DNA of 64,000 bases from Hamiltosporidium tvaerminnensis FI-OER-3-3 (taxonomy: Eukaryota; Fungi; Microsporidia): positions 868,001-932,000 of the forward strand of contig JAKIMF020000005.1 of assembly GCA_022605425.2 (NCBI GenBank), given 5' to 3'. The position numbers and the translations under genes were made by a program. This document shows positions 9,868 through 21,211 of the stretch, piece after piece. A model generated the notes under the pieces. The model was given only the letters and a program-made list of their open reading frames with translations, made no database searches and was not told where the DNA came from. Position 1 is the stretch's first letter. Every line of letters starts with the position of its first letter.

Positions 9868-11508
9868 ATGCCATCTATTCCGGTAGTAAATAAGCCTGTA
9901 AAAATGAAACTTAAAGAAGATGGATCTATAGAAGTTAAACCCTCTAATAAAATTATTTCCACTATTCTAACTTCTTTTCCAAATAAAAAATCGACTTATA
10001 TATTAGAAACGAATTCTTGGAAAATTAATATAGAAATATACGAAGATTTTTGTATAAAATTAAAGCAAAATAAAATTTTATACGAAGAAATTCCTAAAGG
10101 CGTCCTAAACGTTCTCAAAAAAAATATAAAAAATGAATTTTATGATTTAAAAAATGGTATTTATAGTTATTTACTACCATTCCAAATGCAGGGCGTAAAT
10201 TTTGCTTTGAACAGAAAAGGAAAAATTTTATTAGCCGATGATATGGGTTTAGGTAAGACAATACAGGCATTAGCTATAGCATATTATTATAAACTTGAAT
10301 GGCCACTCTTAATTATTGCCCCAGCTTCACTTCTTTATAATTGGGCAGAATCTATAAATACTTTTTTAAAAATGGAAAGTACAATTATTAGAAAAATGTC
10401 TGATTTTGGAGAAAAAATAAGCATTATAAGTTATGATCAAGCTTCCAAGAACTCCGATTTAATTTTAAAACTTAAACATCAAGTTATAATTGTTGATGAG
10501 TGTCATTATTTGAAAAGTCAGCAGTCTAAAAGAACTGTAAATTTACTTCCTATAATTCAAAACTCGACAAGATCAATTTTATTATCAGGTACACCTGCTA
10601 TGAGTAGACCACTCGAACTATTTTCAATTATTTCTGCAATTGATAAATTTATATTTCCTAAATTCTATGAATACGGTAAAAGATATTGCAATGGAAGAAA
10701 GGTTGGGCATTGGTATGATTACAAAGGTTCAAGTAATTTGGAAGAATTAAATTATTTGCTAAATAAAACCTTCATGCTTCGAAGAACTAAAGACTGCGTT
10801 TTAAATGAATTACCAAATAAATTCAGAAGACATGTAATTCTCAATTTGGATGATTCGAAAACCGAAAATAAAGATTCAACTTCTTTAAATAAAATTTTAA
10901 ATGAAAACAAAAAAAATCTTGACGAAAATCTGACTGAAGTAAGTGATAATATTATGACTTTATATTGTGAAGCAGGGAAACTCAAAGCAAACAAAGTTAT
11001 AGAATATTTATCGTGTTTAATAGAAAAACAAATAAAATTTGTAGTTTTTGCTCATCATGGATTTATGATAGAACAAATATCTAAATTTCTTGAAGAGACA
11101 GGTATAAATTTTATTAGAATAGACGGCAAAACACCTGTTAATCACAGGCAACAATTAGTCAACAAATATCAAAATAATGCAAATATAACGGTAGCATTAT
11201 TAGGACTAACAGCATGTGCAAGTGGATTGACACTTACAGAAGGAAAGGCGGTTGTATTTTCTGAATTATACTGGAATCCTGGTACGATGTTGCAAGCAGA
11301 AGATCGAATTCATAGAATAGGACAAAAGGATAGCGTCGATATACATTATTTGATTGGAAAAAACACGATTGACGAATATGTCTGGCCTAAAATACTTAAA
11401 AAGCTGAATGTTCTTGAATCACTTGGAATCGGAACAAACGATTTAAAAGACATTGGACCGTTCGATCTTAAACAAAAAAGACTTGAAAATTTCCTACAAA
11501 AGAAATAA
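9868..11508 (+). CDS. SMARCAL1: SMARCAL1/HARP-like SNF2 annealing helicase, copy 1
   Basis: LLADDMGLGKTIQA (motif I), DECH, LSGTP, and ELYWNPGTMLQAEDRIHRIGQ (SMARCAL1/ZRANB3-type motifs V-VI). The N-terminal Y...NSWKI...Y...L......EEIP..VL resembles a single HARP domain. Confidence 0.85.
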   Translation: MPSIPVVNKPVKMKLKEDGSIEVKPSNKIISTILTSFPNKKSTYILETNSWKINIEIYEDFCIKLKQNKILYEEIPKGVLNVLKKNIKNEFYDLKNGIYSYLLPFQMQGVNFALNRKGKILLADDMGLGKTIQALAIAYYYKLEWPLLIIAPASLLYNWAESINTFLKMESTIIRKMSDFGEKISIISYDQASKNSDLILKLKHQVIIVDECHYLKSQQSKRTVNLLPIIQNSTRSILLSGTPAMSRPLELFSIISAIDKFIFPKFYEYGKRYCNGRKVGHWYDYKGSSNLEELNYLLNKTFMLRRTKDCVLNELPNKFRRHVILNLDDSKTENKDSTSLNKILNENKKNLDENLTEVSDNIMTLYCEAGKLKANKVIEYLSCLIEKQIKFVVFAHHGFMIEQISKFLEETGINFIRIDGKTPVNHRQQLVNKYQNNANITVALLGLTACASGLTLTEGKAVVFSELYWNPGTMLQAEDRIHRIGQKDSVDIHYLIGKNTIDEYVWPKILKKLNVLESLGIGTNDLKDIGPFDLKQKRLENFLQKK

Positions 11509-13154
11509 TAATTGTATAATTTAGTGAGAAATCATTGATTTAAGTATTCTAATAATAATAAAGATTAAATTAAAAAAAATATTTATTCGATTAGTTACAT
11601 TTCCTAAATTCATTATTTTTTCAGAAATATTCAGAAAATAAAATATTTTACTTTGAAATAATAGAAATTATTTTTATTTTTTATAAATAATTTCAATAAA
11701 ATAAAAATTAACTATAATTACATCTCGTTGGACTATTTTTGCTATTTTTCTATTTTATGATTTTTTTTGTTAGATCATTATTTTCTAATATGAGCAACGA
11801 ATTGTTTTTTTGATTCTTGCTTTAGTAAGCAAATAACTATATGTTTGTGGTTTTTCTGTTTTCCTTGATGTCAATCCAAATATGTGATAAAACAATTACA
11901 TGTCTATTTAATAATAAATATAATTTGCAAAAAATTCTATATACATTGAAATGAATTTAATTAAAGTATATTAGTTTTAAAATTAGATAGAATTATTTTT
12001 CAAAAATAAATTCAGATTATTCTAGTATGTTTATCTTAGAATTTAGAGTATGATAATTAAAGACGTCATAAATTAACCATTTATGTTCTATCTGGGAATA
12101 GATAAGAAGATAAAATTTTACGTAATTTACACAAAGAAATCTTATTATACCAAATATAATGATTAAATTTAAAATTTGGTTATTGACTTTGAAATTAGTT
12201 TAAAATTGGGTCGAATTAAAATTTTTTAATGTTCTGAGTTAATTAATAAATTCTTAACTGGATCTATAAGCCAATTCCGTATCCTCTCGAGTCCCAAAAA
12301 CAACTTAAAATAAATAAATGTGAATTTTTATTCTTTCATCTTCGACACCGAAAGATAAAAAAGTAAATGAGTAAGTATATAATTTTTTAATATTTTTTTT
12401 GGCTAGAACAGTCCATTTTTTTTATAAAACATGTATAATCTGCCATGATTGTGTATTTTAAAATTTTTTAAATTCACCGAAAACCATTATTTTCATGTAA
12501 TTCCAAAAAAAAAATTTCAAAATTAACAAAAAATTCAAGGAAAGAAATTTTTTTATTTATGACTTCGGTAGGATATTTCATATACAAGTTTCTGTGTCAA
12601 TAAAATATCAGAAGATTTGGGTGGATTATAACACGCTTTAATTAAATTAAATAGATGTTGAGGCTACTAGAAACCCCTGATATTTCCATCTTATAATTCC
12701 AAATAAAAAAATCAAAAAAAATTATGATTTTAACTTATTAATATTAAATTTTTTGCATATAAAAATAGTGAAACAGCTTAGCCGCAAATATTCTAAGTTT
12801 TTAATTAATATATTAAAAGAGAAGCTCTTGAAAATGTATAAAATACCTTAACATATTCTTAGGTTTGATTCTTTTCTTTTATAATGTAATAACTGATTTT
12901 ATGTTTATTGAGGACATAATAGAAATCTAATTATATGATATTAAAATTCACATGTAAAGTAACATTGTCCAAAGTTATATATTTTTTTATAGATAATACA
13001 TGATTGATTAAAAGATACTTAAATTATTAGATCAGGGTTTTCTTTAGTTTCTATCTTGTAAATTCATTATTATGCATTAACTTTCCATATAAAAAATAGT
13101 AGATTTCTATTTTGAAATATATTTATAGATTCTAGAAAAAGATAAAGAAATATA

Positions 13155-14295
13155 GACATGATGAGCGCCAATTCTTAATGTGGAAAATACCAATAACACC
13201 CATCTTGCACTAATAAAAGGCTTCTTAAAAGTTAAATACAAGTTGTAAGAGGTTTCTAAGAAGACTTAGAGGAAGCTCAACTTACAAAATTATATTCGAA
13301 ATAAAAAAGCGAAAACTTAACAATAAGTTATATAATGCAGGAAAAAACGTGCTTATAAGTCTCGGTGAATCTTCTAGATAGCCAAAGAAAAAAATATTAG
13401 GCTACGAGCTGAAGGAGTGATCTGCTATATCTAGGATAGAAATGTATTATGGAGATCAGAAGGCGTGGGCCAACACTGCAGAAATTTTGGTATACAGGAG
13501 GTCCTTTAGAATCTCGATGTAAAAAAGGCTTGGTCATTACTATAATAGACGGTATAATGAATTGGTTAGATGCCTGGAATTTCGTCTTCTAAATGATTAT
13601 AAATTAAAGTCTTCAAAACGAATAAATAGTCACTCAGTTCAAGAAATTCTTGAAAACGAGTATGCAAAGATAAGAGTGTACACCAGAATAAAACCTGAAT
13701 TCGAAACTCGGAATAATAGACCCGACATATTTTTTAAATAAGATGAAGAATAAGATAACACTCATTGAAGTGGAATCACTTTTCAAGATTCACTTCAAAT
13801 AGTTAGAACACGGAAGCCTAGGAAGTATGACCTATTAGCAAATGAGTTAGGTCTTATTTATAATTTAGTGTTAGAATAATCTCTTCTGTGATTACCTGAG
13901 TTGGTATTGTAGCAAAATATCATGATTCAAACCTAAAAAAACTAAAAATGCTCATTAATCTAGAGGAAAATACATTCAATCGATTGTACTCAAGAAGAAG
14001 GTCGGAACAGTGTCTTCTGATAGAAGAAGAGGATTTACGTGTTTCAAAAAGGTAAAGAGCGGCAATATTTTTTATTAAAAGGGGCCGAAATGCATGAGGA
14101 ACAAATACCCCCTTTAAAACATGCTAATATCCAGGAAGATAGTCTTAAAACAAAAAATAATACACCAACTATTTCAGAAGGAGAAACCATGTTGAAGAAA
14201 CCGGCATAAACATAGATGAATTGTCGGATCAAAGAGGAACAGATAATGCTTAAGGAGTTAGACGAAAATATATAAAAGTTCGAAAATGATTTAAA
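13155..14295 (+). mobile_element. Degenerate 5'-truncated non-LTR retrotransposon with restriction-like endonuclease (R4/R2/NeSL-type C-terminus), copy 1
   Basis: Frameshifted remnants of THLALIKGFLKVKY, a decayed zinc-knuckle/RHN region, HSVQEILENEYAKIRV, NNRPDIF, ITLIEV and RKYDLLANELGLIY (PD-(D/E)xK RLE), followed by an acidic tail. Confidence 0.85.
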
Positions 14296-15265
14296 CCAAA
14301 AATTTTTTTAACCTAGATATTTTTATGTATTAAATACTAAATGGACCATTGTTTATCAGGTGCCTTTGAAAAATAAAATATATTCTATGCCAAGCTTTGA
14401 TGGTTTCGCTTATAAATATATAAATTGAAAACCAGTCATCTAATTACAGGTGTTCCTACTTTCCTTCGACTTGCCAATAAATGTGTATTGAATGGTATAT
14501 TCTTCTAAATATTTTAAATCCGATTTTTAAATGCAAATTATCAAGATAATTATGGTTCTTAAGGCAAACACTGAAAACTAGTTAAACAGTAAAGAACAAC
14601 TGGGTTTATTAACCAACAAAAAACAAAATTTATTGAGTATTTTACAATATTTTTTAAATAGCAACGAACAAACACTGTAAAATATAATATAGAAAACAAA
14701 ATATTTGATGTTTTACTGGAATTGAAAATATAACAAGTGCGATTGAGTTTTGGATTGATTAAGTATGTGTATATTTGAAAGTCATGGATTATTTCTTTAA
14801 AGAATAAAAAAATTAATCCGAAACGAAATGCAAATATATACAAAATAATACTTTTAAATATAAATTTCAAATTATAAAGCCACCGAAAACCCAATTTTTA
14901 ACAAAATATAATCTATAAATACAATATTTAGAAATATATAGCAATTGATTTTATATTTAAGTTTTACCAAGAAACAGATTTAAGTCGTAAGCAATAAAAC
15001 CGCAATGAACAGAAGAAATTCGCAAATAGAAGAGTAAACGCTTCTTCAATTACGCAGGGGAAATTAAAAAAAATTTAAAGCAAGAAGATTATAAAGAATA
15101 AAAATGGCATAAATGAACATATTACATAAATTGGTTTTAGCTTAAAATATTCTGCACATTGGTTTTTTAGTGAAACATGTAAAATTTTATTTTCATATTG
15201 ATGTAGATAGTATTTGGAAAAACTCAAAATTTAAAAGAATATAATTGTTATGCAGCAAAAGCATA

Positions 15266-15405
15266 ACCATTGAGTAATTTTGTGATATGAAATACAGATC
15301 AACCATTGAAAATTATGATTTTAATATTTTACGTTATTAAGTTGTGATATGAAATAAGGATCAACATTAGAGAATTATATATTTGATATTCTACTTAATT
15401 GAATT
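15266..15405. repeat. Imperfect ~62-bp tandem duplication in the spacer upstream of rDNA (mirror ~52440-52580)
   Basis: TGTGATATGAAATACAGATCAACCATTGAAAATTATG vs TGTGATATGAAATAAGGATCAACATTAGAGAATTATA. Confidence 0.6.
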
Positions 15406-16439
15406 AATTGGAGAAGAATATTAAAATAACTAATTATTACAAACCGGAGTGCTTAATTTAGTATTTATAGCATTGAGATATGGTTTCAAATTGTTTAATA
15501 TATAGTGAGTTCAAATGCGAGAATATTTTGCAAATAAATCCAAAAGAACTATTTATAAATACTTAAAGCAAGCAAATCGTTTTGAAGCCAGTAGTCTTCA
15601 TTATTTTCTAAAATTAAATAATTTTTTTTCTATTAATTTGTTTAGATTTTCTTATGTGTTTATAATTTCTGTTTTTAAAAAAATTCGTCGTGTGGAATTT
15701 TTTGACAAAGCAAATATTTATTAAAATAATGATGTTAAAAAACATGCAATAAGTAAATATTATTTTATAAATTATAAAATCTAATATGTCTTTAGGTAAC
15801 AGTAATTTCTATAAAAGTTAATCTTCAGTGAAAATATTTGATTATTTTCAAATACAATTATTAAAAATATAATAAAATGACAGAAAGGTATTTTTTTTGG
15901 TAAAATAGCATTTATATATTAAAACTATAACAAAAATACACTTTCAATCATATTTTTAGAAATAAATTTTATTAAAAAAAGATCTTTTGATATTTTTGAC
16001 ATGATAAAATACTTTTTTAATTTATAAAAAAATTCTTAACCGTTGTATGTTCGAAGGAAAAACCTGGAAATAGAAAAACAATTTTTTTAAATAGAACATC
16101 TTCTTGGAGTTAAATATTAACGAATGTGATATTCATATACACAAAAGAAAAATTTGATGTTTAGTATTTTTTCTTTTTTAGATATATGATTCGTTAGTAG
16201 AGAATGGGTAAGAAAAGAAATTTGAAATAATTTAACATATTTAGAATTCTTTATATTAGAAATAAGTTGATTGATTGATTTTATTTTTTATTGGTGTTAT
16301 ATTCTCTAAATATTTTTAAAAAAATTGATTTGGTGTTAAAATTACTGTGAAAATTATTTTTTTCGTATATAAAGGATGTTATTTATAGAACTGTTTACCC
16401 CAAATCATATGAGAATTAAAATGTCAATAGAAAACACTA

Positions 16440-16776
16440 AGAATGAGACAAATCAACCAGAAATTACAATTGCATGTAACCGTAGAAATCAAGTTGATCT
16501 AATCAAATTGATCTACAAACGTACTTTCGAATCATTAACTTAGTTGTTAATTCACGTGATTTAGATCAATGATCAAATCGATATGGTGTTCTAGTTACTT
16601 TGACATGTTCAAGTAACAAATTGGTGTTACATATGGTTACTGCTCTGATGCAGATTTTGGAGGTTTTCCGTTGTTACTTTGGTTTCTTGTGCTGCTTTAT
16701 TCATCGGGATTAAGTTATGGACTCAACGAGTCAAATGTGTGTGATTTGGATGTGACGTGTAATGGTATATTTGTGC
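16440..16776 (+). promoter_or_regulatory. Putative RNA Pol I promoter / 5' ETS region of rDNA copy 1
   Basis: Lies directly upstream of the SSU; GC rises; tandem ATCAA(G/A)TTGAT palindromes, TCACGTGA and repeated GTTAC/GTAAC motifs. Boundaries are inferred. Confidence 0.45.
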
Positions 16777-18078
16777 AACAGGTTGATTCTGCCTGACGAG
16801 GATGCTTGTCTCTGGGATTAAGCCATGCAAGTCTGGTGAAGCGAAAGTGGAACTGCGAACGGCTCAGTAGAACGGTGATTATTTAATCGTGTAGGAAGGA
16901 TAACCGCGGGAAACTGTGGCTAATAACACGAGTAAGACGCCGACCCATCAGTTTTATCGTACGGTAAGGGCGTACGATGGCTTTAACGGGTACGGGGGAT
17001 CAGGGTTTGATTCCGGAGAGGGAGCCTGAGAAACGGCTACCAGGTCTAAGGACAGCAGCAGGCGCGAAACTTGCCCAATTGGAGAGAGGCAGTTATGAGA
17101 CGTATATTTTGTAACCGGGGTAGAATACCGGTGATTGACTGGAGGGCAAGTCTGGTGCCAGCAGCCGCGGTAATTCCAGCTCCAGGAGTGTCATAGTGCA
17201 TTGCTGCATTTAAAAGGTCCGTAGTCAGTGTTGACAGGGATGCTAGAAGACACTTTCTTCATGGAGTGTATTGGCATTCTAGGTTAGCATGTAGGAGCGG
17301 AAGAGGGCGACTGTATTGCGTAGCGAGAGGTGAAAGTTGACGACCTACGTAGGACAAACCGAAGCGAAAGCTGTCGTCCAGTACGTTTCCGGTGATCAAG
17401 GACGTAAGCCGGAGGAGCAAAGGTGATTAGAGACCCCTGTAGTTCCGGCCGTAAACTATGCCAACTGGGTGTTACGTAGTGGTACCCACGAGAAATCAAG
17501 TATATGGGCTATGGGGATAGTACGATCGCAAGATTGAAACTTGAAGAAATTGACGGAAGGACACCACCAGGAGTGGAGTGTGCGGCTTAATTTGACTCAA
17601 CGCGGGACAACTTACCAGGGCCAGTTGTATGACGAATCTTTGATGAGTACGACTAAGTGGTGCATGGCCGTTCACAACATGTGAGGTGACTTTTAGGTTT
17701 ATTGCTGTAATGTGTGAGACCCTCAGCTACGGCGACTGGGGACTATAAGTTTCAGGAAGGAGGGGGCTATAACAGGTCTGTGATGCCCTTAGATGTTCTG
17801 GGCTGCACGCGCACTACAATGTTATTTCTAGGTATAATGTAAAGATAAAGGATAACTCGGTTGGGATTGCGTTCTGTAATGGACGCATGAACCAGGAATT
17901 CCTAGTAGTCGCGTGTCACTAACGGGCGACGACTGCGTCCCTGTTCTTTGTACACACCGCCCGTCGTTATCTAAGATGGTGCTATGTTCGAAGAGGGTTT
18001 TCCTTCTGAGGACGTAGGATTAGATTGGATACAAGTCGTAACAAGGTTGCTGTAGGAGAACCTGCAGCAGGATCAGTG
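16777..18078 (+). rRNA. Small-subunit (16S-like) rRNA, microsporidian, ~1.3 kb, copy 1
   Basis: 5' ACAGGTTGATTCTGCCTGAC; GTGCCAGCAGCCGCGGTAATTCCAGCTCC; TTGTACACACCGCCCGTCG; 3' GTCGTAACAAGGTTGCTGTAGGAGAACCTGCAGCAGGATCA. Confidence 0.98.
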
Positions 18079-18111
18079 CTAGTACTTTTATTGTGTAGTT
18101 TTTTCATTTTA
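18079..18111 (+). other. Single short ITS (~33 bp, T-rich), copy 1
   Basis: Lies between the SSU 3' GGATCA and the 5.8S-like start AACTCATACAAGGGATCACTTGGCTC. Confidence 0.8.
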
Positions 18112-19785
18112 AACTCATACAAGGGATCACTTGGCTCCGTATCCGAGGAAGGCCGGAATAGTTTCCGAGAACTAAGGCCGAACGGCATTTGTAAATGCCT
18201 GACTACCCCCTGGACTTAAGCATATTATTAAGGGGAGGAACAAAAACTAACTAGGATTTCTGTAGTAGCGGCGAGCGAACAAGAAATAGCCCCGAATGTA
18301 AGCCTCCGGGCATTGTTAAGATCGTCGTAACGAATTACCGGGACAGGTAAGCCATAGAGGGTGATAGCCCCGTAGTGACGAGTAATGGGCAGAGTAGGGT
18401 TGCTTGGTAATGCAGCCTGAAGAGGTGGTGGGTTCCATCTAAGGCTAAATATGAGCGGAGACCGATAGCGTAATAGTACAGCGATGGAAAGGTGAAAAGC
18501 TAAAAAGTGCAAAGACGTGAAATTGTATTGAGTATCCTGATCACAGGACCCGTCTTGAAACACGGACCAAGGAGTGCATCTGCATAGCAAGTTAAAGGGG
18601 GGTTTCCTTTAAGCGTAGCGAAAGCAGATATAGCTGTTCGGATGCGACCCGAAGGGCTGTGAACTACACCTGGCCAGGTTGAAGCCATTCGAAAGGATGG
18701 TGGAGGACCTAAACTTGTTCTGACGCGCAAATCGATGGTTTGAGCTGGGTGTAGGGGCGAAAGACCAATCGAACAGCCGGGTAGCTGGTTCCCATCGAAA
18801 TGTCTCTCAGGACAGCAGACACAAGTTACTTAGTATTATGCGGTAGAGGAACGGCGGGATGAAAGGGGAGCAATCTCCACATACCGACGAACTGCGAACG
18901 TGTACGTGTTATTCTTGTATTAAAGAATAACGATTATATATGTGTCTAGTGGGCGCGTTCTGGTAAGCAGGACGTGCGAAGAGGGATCAACCTGACGTAC
19001 TGATAAGGGGCCTAATCTGGTTTTTCTTAAGGCCGTAGATGAATTGTGACAGTAGGGCGGTGGCCATGGAGGTTGGCATCCGGTAAGAAACGTGTTGCAA
19101 CGTACCTACCGAATTCATGTGCGCCGAAAATGGACGGTACAAGGCCAGACCCGATGCAGTACTTATAGGTAGATGGGCGTGGTGTATGTGCAGAAGGTTT
19201 ACCGTGAGGTAAAGTGGAGCATACACTAGTGCTGATCTTGGTGGTAGTAGTTACAATTCGTGTGTGAATCGCGAAGGCTTCAGGAGAAGGGTTCTTCTAA
19301 GACTTCATAAGGAGAAGGTTAGCCGGTCCTGAGATCTCGACAGGGAATCGGGTTGATATTCCCGAGCCATCTAGGTATTTGGCAACAGTAAATATGGTGT
19401 TTACGTCTTAGGCACGACAACAAGGAGGTACCCATTCCTTGTAGCAGTACTGTATGTAGCGTGTTGTACAGAGCAATACAGGCATATGCAATTGTCTTAG
19501 CTGGGATCCGTGAAAAAATACCTTTATGACCTAGATGACCGTACCGACCGCAGCAGGGCTCCGTACGGTGTATACCGGAAGCGATAGGACAAACGTTAGT
19601 TAGGGAATTCGGCAAATTAGATCCGTAACCTCGGGAAAAGGATTAGCTCTAAGGAATTAGAACTTTTAGTTACGGGGAATCCGACTGTTTAATAAAAACA
19701 TAGCTTTGTGGTGGTGTAGTACGTGGACACAAAGTGAATTCTGCCCAGTGCCCAGCTGTTAAGACAGGTCGGGCTGTATACGCAG

Positions 19786-19839
<54 letters not shown>

Positions 19840-19936
19840 CCTAATTAGTGACGCGCACGAAAGGAGCAACGAGATTCCCACTGTCCCGACTAACAACCTG
19901 CGAACCCACGAGCCAAGGGAACGGTCTTGGCTATGC

Positions 19937-19973
<37 letters not shown>

Positions 19974-20249
19974 GTGACGCCGGGGTCTTGTGCAGCTGTA
20001 GCAAGGTGGGGCAACTGAAAGACCACTAGCTGTGCAAGCGACCCGTATTTGTCAGATGGGGAGTTTGACTGGGGCGGTACATCTGCTAGACTACAACGCA
20101 GATGGCCTAAGGGTGGCTAACTTCGGAGAGAAACCGAGGGTGTAGTCCAAGGGCAAAAGCCACCCTGACGTATTACTACACGGTAATACGAGGGGAAACC
20201 CAGGCCTAGCGATCCCATTGCTTACAGAGCATCTAGCAATGGGTGACGT

Positions 20250-20281
<32 letters not shown>

Positions 20282-20385
20282 AGCCGAGCGACCATAGCGA
20301 CGCTGCTTTTTGATTCTTCGATGTCGGCTCTTCCTATCATGGTGCAGCAGAAGGCACCTAGTGTTGGATTGTTCACCCACTAACA

Positions 20386-20423
<38 letters not shown>

Positions 20424-20727
20424 TAGTTTTACACTACTGCTACGGTACTAAGGGAGCAGATGCTAGTACGAAAGGAACGAATCTGCAGGACCTCTTGTCG
20501 TGCCTATATCTGGTAAGGTACGGGCTAAGCAACGTCCTGGCACGGAAGAGCTGAAGGCCTCTAAGCTTCAACGTGGCCCTACTGTACTATCTAGCATGAA
20601 GACGACGTGCTTGGGTGCTGCAGCTGTAATCCACAAGATCGCGAGTGGATGAGGCTAGCAAGCACTCATGACGAGAGATGATCACCACCTCCACGTGGTT
20701 CTCGTTGGGTAACGCCAAGAGTGATCA
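18112..20727 (+). rRNA. Large-subunit rRNA with fused 5.8S-like 5' region, copy 1 (3' end approximate)
   Basis: GGATCACTTGGCTC; ACCCCCTGGACTTAAGCATAT with no ITS2; GACCCGTCTTGAAACACGGACCAAGGAG; GTAACTATGACTCTCTTAAGGTAGCCAAATG; peptidyl-transferase motifs; sarcin-ricin-like loop AGTACGAAAGGAAC. Confidence 0.97.
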
Positions 20728-21211
20728 AACAACAAAAGATAAAGGATTAAAAAATAATAAAGCTGAAAAAAAAGTAAAGCAAAAAAATGATTCAAAATAA
20801 AATAATCAAATTGGATAAAACAACGAACGAAACATTTCAGCGTTTCTTACAAGATTAGGATCTAAGCAAAAAAACGCATTTGCTTTTTTTACATAATCTA
20901 TTTGTGTGACATTTAAATAATTTCCACTAATTCTACTTATAAGAGCACATACCAGATATGTTTTAAAATATCACTTTTTAAAGATTAGAGTCTTTATGTA
21001 TGCTTGGATCTCATTACCAATTTGATTTTTAAATACATTTCTTCCTTTATATAAGCAAAAACTATTTTTCAAAAGACATCATCGAGATTTCTAATTGAGA
21101 AAAATTTAGTATCATACCTATTATTTTTTTCATATACTTCAAAGTTTTCAAAATTTTTTAAATATAAGACTTGTACTGTAATATTCTGCTTACCTGCATA
21201 TATTATTTTAA

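Larger units (their letters stand above)
7650..20753 (+). repeat. Left outer arm of giant inverted repeat (partner 47094-60169)
   Basis: Every ORF-track entry from 8790 to 19615 has a mirror entry, with coordinate sums of ~67845-67847. Near-identical around the rDNA, with more substitutions toward the outer end. Confidence 0.97.

Noticed and set aside
14340-14500. Possible MULE transposase remnant (minus-strand ETIKAWHR) and possible TE debris at 6750-7200 and 62200-62800
   Set aside because: Single short motifs only; insufficient to call without a profile search.
17284-19615. ORFs of 64-120 aa overlapping the rDNA (and mirrors at 48232-50563)
   Set aside because: Chance or antisense frames within GC-richer rRNA genes; no protein motifs.
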